From an uncultured Anaerolineae bacterium (lineage in GTDB: Bacteria > Chloroflexota > Anaerolineae > JAYEMR01), in assembly GCA_964425465.1 (NCBI GenBank), contig CAYRNM010000004.1, forward strand, positions 1 to 32,005: a DNA stretch of 32,005 bases, given 5' to 3'. Position numbers and translations under genes: made by a program. The notes beneath the pieces were generated by a model that was not told the DNA's origin, made no database searches, and saw only the letters and a list, made by a program, of their open reading frames with translations. Below are positions 22,716 through 31,330 of this stretch, one piece after another; within the stretch, counting starts at the first letter, position 1, and each line of letters begins with the position of its first letter.

Positions 22716-25091
22716 TCAATGCCTCACCGTCAGCCAATTGGACTGCCACAGGGGCCGTAGGCCTGGCCCACCGCCCAGCGGCTGTACCTCCCCCTCCAGA
22801 CGGTAGCGCCCCGGGGGAGCGTGGGACGGGATGAGCAGGTCGTACTGTCCCCGCACAAGCTCCCCGGGCTGCCAATCGGTGGTGGGATAGGGTTGCCCAG
22901 CCAGCGGGATCTGCTGCCCACTCCACCAGGTCTGGTCCCCCTCATCCACCAGACGCAGGTTCAGCCGCCAGTGGGTGTGGAGAGCCTGGTGAGCCTGCCA
23001 GTAGAGATTGAGGTGCAGGATGTCACCGGGGTGCAGCGGTTCCTCCGGACGCCAATCGAAGCCCAACTTGTAAACGTCGTAACCCAGAAGGGTGAGGGGA
23101 TCATACGGGAGCTGAATGGGATACTGGATCCCGTAGGCCTCCAGCGGCAGCAGGGCAGCAGGACGGGCCACGCTGACCTGGCCGAGCAGGACCTTGTCGT
23201 CACCATTGGCTGGCAGTCGCTTCCCGGTGGTCAGGCTGTAGAGGCCGGCGATGAGCCGATAGCGGCCCGGCGGCGTTCCGGGACGAACGAGCACCCCGTA
23301 GTTGTCAGCGATGGTCTTGCCCACTGGCCAGAGCGTCGTCAGCCATGCCCCTCCCCCCGGCTCCGCGTCCCGCTGGCCAACGATGTGATTGGCCGCATCG
23401 AGCACCTGGACGAAGACTTTGTACCGCTCTGCGATAGGCGCCTCTGCGCGCCAGAAGAGAGTGAGTTGCAGGATCTCCCCGGCGACGATGGACTCCTCCT
23501 GCAGGGTGTAGCCCTGCAGAGTGATCCGATCCCCCAGCCGGATGTTGAGCTGCTGCTCCATCTCGCCGGGAGAGATGGCCTTCGGCAGGGCATAGGTCAC
23601 GAAGCGCACATTCCCCCGCCAGAGGTCCAGGGCTTTGTAGGCCTGCTGATCCAACCAACCCTCGACGATGCGCTTCGGATCGCTCTCCTCCGTGGCCCAG
23701 AAGAGGCAAAAGAGGCGGCGGTGCTCCGCACCGATCCTCTCCAACTCGGCGAGCGTGCTTTCCTCATCGAGGGGGCGCTTTCGGGGCAAGGGGTAGATCG
23801 GCAGTTCACCTGGGTAATAGTAGGTGAAGGCATCCCACTGTCCTGGCGCATTCAACAGGATGGCGTCCCCCTGACGCTCTACTGCGGTGATGTAGGCTGC
23901 CGTGCCCCGGTAGTCGTCGCGGGCGAAGGCGGGGTCGAAGTAGTAATGGGCCAAAGAGTTAGAGGAGGCGACGAGGATCAGGGAGAGGCTGACCACCGCC
24001 CAGGCGTTGCGCAGGGCCCACCACCGGGTGTGCAGGCCACTGACGATGCCTTGACCGAGGAGCACGGCGAAGGCGGGTGCGGCCACGAGGAAGAACTTGG
24101 GCCGATAGGCGGGCTGGAAAAGGGACATCCCCCACTGAAAGAGCACTGGAAGCAGGCAGTATCCCAGGGCCAGGCCCTGGCGCAGCCAGAGGGGCAGGGC
24201 AAACCGGCCCTCCTCCTGATGTGCTGGCCAAGCTCCTAGCAGCCATAGCACGATCACCCCCCACAGCAGGCAGAAGCTGCCTGTGCCGCCCGGAGCCGTC
24301 TCGCCCAGGCTCCACAGTCGAAAGGCCTGGTGCAGGTAGAAGCGGAGCCCGTGCACCTGGCTGATGGCCGGCCAGGCGCTAAGCTGCCGATAGGCGATGG
24401 GCAGCCAGGGAGCATAGCATCCCACAATGACCCATTGCCCAATAAGCCATATCCCGATCCTCTGGGGTAAGGGTGAGGCATTCGTGCCAAATGCCTCACC
24501 CCCACTGGCGCGGGTGGAAATGATCCAGGCCACCCATACTGCGTTCGCCATCCCCCAGAGGATGGGGAAGGAGTAGTGGGTGTAGAGGCCAGCTGCCGCA
24601 CTGAGGATGAAGCCGATCAACCCCAGCAGCTTCTCCGATTCCAGATAGCGCAGCAGAGCGTACATCGATGCTGCGCCCAACAGCGCCAGCAGGATGTACA
24701 TCCGCGCTTCCTGGCTGTAGTACACCTGGAAGGGGGAGAGCACAGCAGTGAAGGCCGCAGCCAGCCCCACCGACCGCCCGAAGAGGCGTCTCCCCAACAA
24801 GTAGGTGAGAGCCACCAGCAGCACCCCCAACAGGGCGGACAGGGAACGAAGGCCCACCTCGCTGCTGCCGAAGGCGCGCACCCAGAAGTGCAGCAGCCAG
24901 TAATACAGTGGGGGATGGATGTCGTGTCCAGCGTCGCGGGCGATGCGGCCCAGCGAGCGGAGGGCCAGGGCAGCGCTGTTGCCCTCATCGGCCCACAGAC
25001 TCTGCCCATCCAGCCGGTAGAAGCGCGGGGCGGCGGCTAGGAGAAGGATAATCAGCAGCGGGAGTGCTTTCCTCAATGTTGTCTTCTCCAC
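22716..25091 (-). CDS. GT-C fold glycosyltransferase (GT39/GT83, PMT/ArnT-like, PMT_2) with two C-terminal beta-sandwich repeats
   Basis: RFYRLDGQSLWADEGNSA has the loop-1 DE motif. It also has HPPLYYWLLHFW, multiple TM helices, and a roughly 330-aa extracytoplasmic C-terminus. A GTG start at 25091 (AGAGGGA 4 nt upstream) is proposed. The track ORF reaches 25163 but would overlap the upstream gene by 91 nt. Confidence 0.85.
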   Translation of the reverse strand: MEKTTLRKALPLLIILLLAAAPRFYRLDGQSLWADEGNSAALALRSLGRIARDAGHDIHPPLYYWLLHFWVRAFGSSEVGLRSLSALLGVLLVALTYLLGRRLFGRSVGLAAAFTAVLSPFQVYYSQEARMYILLALLGAASMYALLRYLESEKLLGLIGFILSAAAGLYTHYSFPILWGMANAVWVAWIISTRASGGEAFGTNASPLPQRIGIWLIGQWVIVGCYAPWLPIAYRQLSAWPAISQVHGLRFYLHQAFRLWSLGETAPGGTGSFCLLWGVIVLWLLGAWPAHQEEGRFALPLWLRQGLALGYCLLPVLFQWGMSLFQPAYRPKFFLVAAPAFAVLLGQGIVSGLHTRWWALRNAWAVVSLSLILVASSNSLAHYYFDPAFARDDYRGTAAYITAVERQGDAILLNAPGQWDAFTYYYPGELPIYPLPRKRPLDEESTLAELERIGAEHRRLFCLFWATEESDPKRIVEGWLDQQAYKALDLWRGNVRFVTYALPKAISPGEMEQQLNIRLGDRITLQGYTLQEESIVAGEILQLTLFWRAEAPIAERYKVFVQVLDAANHIVGQRDAEPGGGAWLTTLWPVGKTIADNYGVLVRPGTPPGRYRLIAGLYSLTTGKRLPANGDDKVLLGQVSVARPAALLPLEAYGIQYPIQLPYDPLTLLGYDVYKLGFDWRPEEPLHPGDILHLNLYWQAHQALHTHWRLNLRLVDEGDQTWWSGQQIPLAGQPYPTTDWQPGELVRGQYDLLIPSHAPPGRYRLEGEVQPLGGGPGLRPLWQSNWLTVRH

Positions 25092-26806
25092 CGCATCCCT
25101 CTTTGCCAGCCATAAACTACGGCCCCGAGAACCAGGGCCACACCCGACCCAGCCAGGATCCAATTGAGCGGGAAGGATCGGGAGCGCACAATGAAGCCAT
25201 CAATGACCACAGGTCCCTCTACCACTTCCAGTGTGACGTGATGACTGCCGGGGCGCAGTCCGCTGGTAATCGCCAACTCGACACCGTACTGCGGTCTCTC
25301 AGCCCTCAGATTGAAAACCCTGGGCCGGCCGCCATCCACGGTCGCCCGGAGTTGGCCACCGTCAGCTCCCTTGGTAACTACCAGGGCCACGCTGTGGCCA
25401 TGGAAGGTGAAATCGGCTTGCGCTCCTGTCTCATCTGTCCTGCGGCAGGTCCCCAGCACAGCCTGCCCGTCGTTGACCCTTTTCCAGTTCCCCGCCCAGC
25501 GCACTGCCCAGTGATCCTCCTGATAGAAGCCCTGGTACATCACCGGCCTTTGGTTGGCGTAGGCCTTAAGCGCCTCATACACCGGCAGGGGGGTGAAATC
25601 GGGTTCCATCATGCGGAAGTAGTACCAGGCCTGGTCCTGCTCGGCGTCGGAGGCGCGCTTGAAGAACCAGAAGTTGACCACCCCCACCCAGGGCCACTCC
25701 GCCTGCGCCCGCTGGTAGGCCTCCACCGCGTAACGGGCCTGCTGCTCCAGGGTGACCCGACCGTAGTAGGGTGGTGAGGGGTGATCGGACGGGAGCGCAT
25801 TCCAGTTCATCTCCGAGATCCAGATGGGCTTGTGGGCATCGCCATTTTTAACCATGATGTCGCGGATGAAGAGGTTGCGGGAGAAATTGATGGTGATGGG
25901 CCGCATTCGCCGGTCGTAGGGGCCGGACCACAGCCCATACCCCTGCACGCTCATGACGTCGAAATACTCTCCTGCTCCAGCATCGTACATGCGCTGCAGA
26001 AAGAGGAGATCATTCATGTCCCGTGGGCCAAGCTCAATGGTCGGGGCCAGCGCACCGCAGATGATGACCACCTCCGGGTCCACCGCTTTAGCCCGGATGT
26101 AAGCTTCTCTCAGCAGCGCAGTGTAGCCCACCGGGTCCACCGGCTGCTCCCCCCACTCGGGGTAGATGTTGGGCTCATTCCATATCTGGTAGTAGCGGAC
26201 TCGTCCCTGGTAACGGCGCACGACCGCCTCCACGAAGTCGCCGAAGTCGGTCAAGTTATCCGGTGGGGCGAAGGTGCCTCGTGCGTCGCCGTCGTGACGT
26301 GACCAGGCTGGCGGGTTACTCAACCGGGCAATGATTTCTATACCATACTTATAGGCCAGCTCTACGATGTAATCGTATTTCTCCCAGGCGGAGATGCACT
26401 GCTCATGTCGGCAATCGGTGAAGTCGCCTTTGGCATGGACTTCAATATCCTCCCAGGGGAACTCCTGACGGATCCACTGGAAGCCGGCCTCGTGGAGAAG
26501 ACGCAGCGACTCCTCCCGCTTCCAGAGCTCCACCTCCTGCTGGAGGAAGGTGTTGCAGCCGAAGGGGTTGACGCCGGCATGAGCGATGGGCACCAGAGGC
26601 TCAAGTTTGAGCCGAGGGCGGATGAGATCAGTGCCCAACTGGAGCATCCCTCGTACCTGGGGCAGCAGCTCCTCCTCACCCGTCCAGTGCAGGAGCAGAT
26701 TGTGCCCGTAGGGACGGGTGATCCACAGACCTACTGATAGCAGAAGAGCAGCGATTACAAGTGCGACAAGAACTGGCCAAAGTCGGCGAAGGCAGCTCAA
26801 TGGCAT
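25073..26806 (-). CDS. membrane-anchored clan GH-A (TIM-barrel, GH5/GH39-like) glycoside hydrolase with a C-terminal beta-sandwich and TM anchor
   Basis: MPLSCLRRLWPVLVALVIAALLLSV is the N-terminal anchor. YYQIWNEPN holds the acid/base Glu in the NEP motif. KPIWISEMNW holds the candidate nucleophile Glu. A C-terminal hydrophobic helix is ILAGSGVALVLGAVVYGW. The start is taken at ATG 26806 (or TTG 26797). The track ORF continues upstream into a pseudogene remnant. Confidence 0.75.
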   Translation of the reverse strand: MPLSCLRRLWPVLVALVIAALLLSVGLWITRPYGHNLLLHWTGEEELLPQVRGMLQLGTDLIRPRLKLEPLVPIAHAGVNPFGCNTFLQQEVELWKREESLRLLHEAGFQWIRQEFPWEDIEVHAKGDFTDCRHEQCISAWEKYDYIVELAYKYGIEIIARLSNPPAWSRHDGDARGTFAPPDNLTDFGDFVEAVVRRYQGRVRYYQIWNEPNIYPEWGEQPVDPVGYTALLREAYIRAKAVDPEVVIICGALAPTIELGPRDMNDLLFLQRMYDAGAGEYFDVMSVQGYGLWSGPYDRRMRPITINFSRNLFIRDIMVKNGDAHKPIWISEMNWNALPSDHPSPPYYGRVTLEQQARYAVEAYQRAQAEWPWVGVVNFWFFKRASDAEQDQAWYYFRMMEPDFTPLPVYEALKAYANQRPVMYQGFYQEDHWAVRWAGNWKRVNDGQAVLGTCRRTDETGAQADFTFHGHSVALVVTKGADGGQLRATVDGGRPRVFNLRAERPQYGVELAITSGLRPGSHHVTLEVVEGPVVIDGFIVRSRSFPLNWILAGSGVALVLGAVVYGWQRGMRWRRQH

Positions 26807-27001
26807 CTCCTCACAGCGCGGCTTCCCGAAAAAGCCGAAGAGCAGTCTGGCGGGCGAAGGGGTGCATGGGAAGGGCTGGGGGTCGGCTTCGGTGACCCAG
26901 CGGCCCTGGCGGGCGTCGGAGCGGGCATGGTGCTCGCCTGAAAGGTAGCGGCTCCGCACGTAGTTCACCACGTAGTGGAAGTGGACGCGGCCAGCGTCGT
27001 C

Positions 27002-27335
27002 TTTACGATAGCGGGTCATATAGCCCACACCGCTGATCAGGCCCCGGCGGGCGATCTCGTCGCGTATCGCCTCCGCCAGATTCAGGTGAACCAGCTTCTC
27101 CCCAAAGAGAGCACAGCCTGCCTCGATCACATCCCACTCCGGCTCATGCGCATAAGGCGGCAAGAGCACATAGACCGCATCGAGATCCTCCTGGGCGAGC
27201 ATCTCCCTATGATCCAGGTAGCTCGGCACGCCAGATAGTGCTTGCTGTTGGGATCAGTAAGACAACGAGCTATTGGCCCATCACAAGCCATCACTACGCT
27301 GCGGGCTACCCCTGACCGGGACAGGCAGGAGCTCA
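27002..27335 (-). pseudogene. 5'-truncated, frameshifted, 3'-deleted remnant of a Gfo/Idh/MocA oxidoreductase gene
   Basis: The frame of track ORF 25073..27229 reads (V)PSYLDHREMLAQEDLDAVYVLLPPYAHEPEWDVIEAGCALFGEKLVHLNLAEAIRDEIARRGLISGVGYMTRYRK. This matches the family core y.d..ell....lDaV.i..P...H......a...G..v..EKP.a....a. A second frame just upstream reads ...VVMACDGPIARCL..., resembling the vAvcD strand. The GxGxxG start and the whole C-terminal domain are missing. Confidence 0.45.
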
Positions 27336-27341
27336 AGGAGT

Positions 27342-29939
27342 TTATTGCGGCCTGCTGAAGTCTAACGTCAGTGACTGGTCGCCCCAATGGATCTCCATAT
27401 CAGAGGCAGGCCAGTCAACAGTGCAGTAGGGGTTCTCGTAGTGCTGGAAGCCGGTGAGGGGCTGTTCTTTCCCATTCACCGTCAGCGGCCCCTCCCAGCC
27501 GAAGGCCAGTGTCTCACCGCGCAGGGCGGCACAGCGCACTGCCAACCCCTCGAAGGCCACATCCAGCCCCAGCACCTTCTCCTGAAACTGGCCAAAGCTG
27601 CCATCCCGCGCGGCATGGCCCATGTGGCAGAGCCACACATTCTGCAGCCCGTAGGAGCGCAGCTCGCGGTGGGCGCTCTGCCCCCGCTTGATGAGCGTCA
27701 TCCCTTGGGCAGCGGTGAGGGCCAGATAGCCATCCCCCTGGCGGGCGAAGGCCCAGCCATCCCGCAGGAGGTGCTCGTCAAAGGCGTGGAGGGGGAAGTA
27801 GGCATGGGTGAAGCCCAGCCAGTCGTCCGGGGGCAGGTTGTGGATAGCGATGAGCACATCCCGCCACTGAGCGACCCGAGGCAGGATGCGGTTCCCACAC
27901 CAGAAGTTGGGCCGCCGTGAGCTCTCTTCGCTTAGGCAGGGGGGGTGAGTGACAAAGACCACCGCGTCAGGCCCCAATGTGGCCTGCCAGATGTGCTGCT
28001 GATCCCCCTTCTCGCCTGGATGGTGGTCCTGTGCCGAGCAGAGCATGTAGTCCGGCGTCCTGTACGTGACCTTGTTCACCTCCCAGGAACTGGTGGCTCG
28101 ATCGCACCCCTCCTCCAACTCGCCTCCGTGATGCTCCCGATTCCACATCTCCTTGGGCAGATCACAGGCGATGCGCTCGATGACCGCTGGCAGCCCGTAG
28201 CCTTTGGCACAGGCCAGGCTGACCGCGCCCATGAGGTGGGTGTTGAAGACACCCAGGCCCCACATCAGACGGCTGATGCCCGCCGTGGCCTCCAGGTGAG
28301 CACTCAGGATGGATGGAGCATCGGTGCGCCCATGGGTGGAGCCAAAGGCCCCCCGGTGGGAGTTGAGGGCCAGGGTGAAGAGCATTTTGTCCATGACCAT
28401 CGCCGCCAACTGCCGCACCTCAGAACTCTCGGCCAGGTCTACTAAGTGGGCCAGGGCTAGGAGGTCTCCCTCGAAGGAGCAGTTGGAGTCCCATTCCTGG
28501 AAGCCGCCTTGACCTCGCTTGCGCAGCCAGGAGAGCGCTTTCCGCTCCCCCTTCTCCCGATGCCACTGCCCTTTCTGCCCGATGTTGGTGAAGATCCGAT
28601 CAGGGTAGAGCTGCCCGGCCAGAATCTCGCAAGTGGGGAATAAGATCTGGTGGCTCTCTGAGCAATAGTCCATGGCGTCCTCGCCCGGCTCATCCATCCC
28701 CGTGCCTGACAGGACAGGCCAGTACTTGAAGTGGAGGACGCACTCCTCCAGCCGCTCTTTGAGCTTTTCAGGGAAGGCTGGATCCGGCAGGTAGCGATAC
28801 ATCATCCCCAGCAGGCCAACCATGTGCCCATCGCTGCCAGCCTGGCACTGGTTGATGGACTCGATGGCCTCCATGATCACCTCAGCCTCCACATATCGCC
28901 AGCGTCCCAACTCCATCTTGGCCATCTCGGAATAGAGGTCGTGTCTCCACCTCTGAGCTGCGTGCTCCAGAGCCTCCTGACAGCGCTGCTCGTAAGCGCC
29001 ATAGGGCGTCTGTGAGTAGAGATTGTTGAGTACCTGGAGGTTGATGGTCTTTGTCACTCGCTGGTTGCCCTCGTAGTACTCCCTGGGCTGGGGCATCACG
29101 ACCACCTGGTACGATCCATCTGGGGTTTCAAAACCCTGTAGCAGACGGTGGGATTCGGAGGCCTTGCCCGTGATCCAGGCCTCCCGCGAGATCCGGCCCC
29201 TGGGGTCTTGAAAGCGGACGCCCACACTGGCTGTGATCCCCAGGTCCTCAGGCCAGCGCACGATGACCTCATCGTTCCTGGTGTAGAGATACCGATCCAG
29301 GTAGGCCGCTTCGATCACCCGCTCCAGAGTCTGGCGGCGGGCGATGGCCTCGATGGGTGTGGGGAGCATCACCAGCACCCCCTCGGAGAGCAGGCCGATG
29401 ATCTGTAAAGCCATGGTGTAAGGGCACTCCCGTACTGCCACCTCCTCGAAGCGGATCAGGATCTGATTCTGGCCCTTCTGGAGAGTTGCCGCACAGGAGA
29501 CGCTGTGGGGATCCTGGTGGTAGAAATGCTCCTGGCGATGGAGGTGCTGGCCATTGAGCCACAGGTCCGCCGGGCCATGGGTGGTGAGGACAAAGGTCAC
29601 CTCTTGCTCCTGGGGACACTTCACCTCGGCATAGGCCCAGGCGCGCAGGTAGTGGCAGGTGGGGTAGAAAGCCGACAGGTCAATGAAGTGATCCTCCAGG
29701 CAGCGGGTGTAGCGCCAGCGGAAGGTCTCATCACCGATGGATAGGGGCGGCTCCCACTCCTGGGGGGGTTGAGTGACTCCTGAGCCTTCCTCATAGTAGT
29801 GGCGGGCAATCTGGAGCTGGAACTCCTCTCCGGCGAAGCGGTCTAGCTCGGGGACGGGGATGGCCTGAGGCCCCGCCAGAAGCCAGTGTTGGATGTAGCC
29901 CTCTGGGTGCAGCTCGTAGGTCAGATAATAGACGGACAT
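27342..29939 (-). CDS. 865-aa cytoplasmic protein, heparinase II/III-like or glycoside-hydrolase-like multidomain architecture (function unknown)
   Basis: There is no signal peptide. The N-terminal beta-sandwich-like region reads ...VTFVLTTHGPADLWLNGQHL...NQILIRFEEV. The central part is helical. The C-terminal part reads ...HHPGEKGDQQHIWQATLGPDAVVFVTHP...ILPRVAQW...GDGYLALTAA, reminiscent of the heparinase II/III C-terminal sandwich. GAGGAG lies upstream of ATG 29939. The family call is weak. Confidence 0.7.
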   Translation of the reverse strand: MSVYYLTYELHPEGYIQHWLLAGPQAIPVPELDRFAGEEFQLQIARHYYEEGSGVTQPPQEWEPPLSIGDETFRWRYTRCLEDHFIDLSAFYPTCHYLRAWAYAEVKCPQEQEVTFVLTTHGPADLWLNGQHLHRQEHFYHQDPHSVSCAATLQKGQNQILIRFEEVAVRECPYTMALQIIGLLSEGVLVMLPTPIEAIARRQTLERVIEAAYLDRYLYTRNDEVIVRWPEDLGITASVGVRFQDPRGRISREAWITGKASESHRLLQGFETPDGSYQVVVMPQPREYYEGNQRVTKTINLQVLNNLYSQTPYGAYEQRCQEALEHAAQRWRHDLYSEMAKMELGRWRYVEAEVIMEAIESINQCQAGSDGHMVGLLGMMYRYLPDPAFPEKLKERLEECVLHFKYWPVLSGTGMDEPGEDAMDYCSESHQILFPTCEILAGQLYPDRIFTNIGQKGQWHREKGERKALSWLRKRGQGGFQEWDSNCSFEGDLLALAHLVDLAESSEVRQLAAMVMDKMLFTLALNSHRGAFGSTHGRTDAPSILSAHLEATAGISRLMWGLGVFNTHLMGAVSLACAKGYGLPAVIERIACDLPKEMWNREHHGGELEEGCDRATSSWEVNKVTYRTPDYMLCSAQDHHPGEKGDQQHIWQATLGPDAVVFVTHPPCLSEESSRRPNFWCGNRILPRVAQWRDVLIAIHNLPPDDWLGFTHAYFPLHAFDEHLLRDGWAFARQGDGYLALTAAQGMTLIKRGQSAHRELRSYGLQNVWLCHMGHAARDGSFGQFQEKVLGLDVAFEGLAVRCAALRGETLAFGWEGPLTVNGKEQPLTGFQHYENPYCTVDWPASDMEIHWGDQSLTLDFSRPQ

Positions 29940-29950
29940 GCATTAACTCC

Positions 29951-31294
29951 TCAGCTGTAGTATTCAGCCAGCTCTCTGTTCCCCTCCATGGCCAGCAGAT
30001 CTTCCAGAACAGCCACAGCCTGGTCGTAGGAATGGGTCTGATGTCTTTCCAGCGCGTTCCACAGCAGCATGGAGCGGTCGCCTGTCTGAAAGGACAGGAG
30101 GGCACGCTCCATCTCCAGCCAGTTGGGCAGGATCTGCTCCAGCATGATCTTGGGCGGGAGGGATCCGACATGTAGGGGCTGGATACCTTTCTGATTGACG
30201 ATGGCCGGCACCTCCACCACCACGTTATCGGGCAGCCCTTCCAGCGCGCCCCGGTTGGGGACATTCACCTGAAACTGGGCTTCGCGGTTGTTGACCAATC
30301 CATCCATGATGGGCACCTGCTGCTCCCGGGTCTTAGAGCAGCCAAAGACCTCAACCAAGCTCGCCTTGGGGTTATGGGCCAGTCTCGTCATCTCGGCGAT
30401 GCGTCCTTCCAGATTCGCCACAAAGAGGGGACGTGCCAGCTCGGTGTCCGGCCCGCCCCACGGCTCGCCGAACCAGTGCTTCTTGGTCTTGATGTCCGTA
30501 TGATACCACCATCCACCTCTGCGGACGGTGTCGCCTACGGGGAACAGCCCGTACATGCGGTATTGATGCACCGCCCCTCGTGACATCTGTGTGTCGTGGG
30601 TGTGAGTCGCCACGTGCGTCCGCCAGTATTCCTCGGCCTTCGTCGCAATCCACTCGTCAATCAGGGGGTAGGCATCCTTCCCCTCGTAGAGGAAGTGGGT
30701 GAGCCAGATATTGTGGTTGAGGCCCGGTGCTTGCCAGGTGATTTGCTCTGGATACTCGAGCCCAATAGTCCCGGCGATCCCGTAGACGCCATAGTGGCCG
30801 TGGCACAGGCCACAGACCTTGATGCCTGTCGCCCGAGTCATCAAGGTGCAGCCAGCGAAGACCGGGTTGCCCGACTGGATGAGCCAGGCATGGGGACAGA
30901 TTTCCTCCATGTCCCGCGCCACATCCAACATCAGTTGCAACTGGTAGAAACTTCCCAGGTGCACGCCGCCATAGTAGTAGCCGTGCCCAGCGGTCACCTC
31001 ACGCATGGCCCGCTCGTGATGGTGGCCCTTAACGTAGGCGGTGTTGATGACGAAATCGGCATCCTGTAGGGATGCCCGGCGATCTGCCGTGCTCTCGAAG
31101 TGCAGACCTGCTCCCAGTTCGCCCGCGTAGCGTGCAGCAAGCTGGTGGATCATCTCCAGCCGTTCCGGGTTGATATCCATGAAGCACACCTGGCTGCCGG
31201 CCAGGCTCTCGGTCAGACAGAGGTCTTTGACCAGGCCCAGCGAGAACTGCGCGCTCCCAGCTCCGATGACGCTGATTTTCACAGCAGTAGCCAT
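29951..31294 (-). CDS. family 4 glycoside hydrolase (NAD+/Mn2+-dependent alpha-glucosidase/alpha-galactosidase type)
   Basis: KISVIGAGSAQF is the N-terminal Rossmann motif. FVINTA, QSGNPV and the metal-binding GLCHG motif are present. Length 447 aa. Confidence 0.9.
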   Translation of the reverse strand: MATAVKISVIGAGSAQFSLGLVKDLCLTESLAGSQVCFMDINPERLEMIHQLAARYAGELGAGLHFESTADRRASLQDADFVINTAYVKGHHHERAMREVTAGHGYYYGGVHLGSFYQLQLMLDVARDMEEICPHAWLIQSGNPVFAGCTLMTRATGIKVCGLCHGHYGVYGIAGTIGLEYPEQITWQAPGLNHNIWLTHFLYEGKDAYPLIDEWIATKAEEYWRTHVATHTHDTQMSRGAVHQYRMYGLFPVGDTVRRGGWWYHTDIKTKKHWFGEPWGGPDTELARPLFVANLEGRIAEMTRLAHNPKASLVEVFGCSKTREQQVPIMDGLVNNREAQFQVNVPNRGALEGLPDNVVVEVPAIVNQKGIQPLHVGSLPPKIMLEQILPNWLEMERALLSFQTGDRSMLLWNALERHQTHSYDQAVAVLEDLLAMEGNRELAEYYS

Positions 31295-31330
31295 ATCCAG
31301 CCTCCTTGTTTCGTGATCTGCTGAGTCCGT

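Noticed and set aside
22821-24239. A 472-aa plus-strand ORF. Similar long antisense ORFs occur at 1251..2321, 2373..2930, 8875..9462, 9087..9809, 25064..25777 and 19280..19804.
   Set aside because: All of them mirror well-supported genes on the other strand. They are Arg/Gly/Pro/His-rich, lack motifs and lack plausible ribosome-binding sites. They are treated as GC-driven spurious ORFs.
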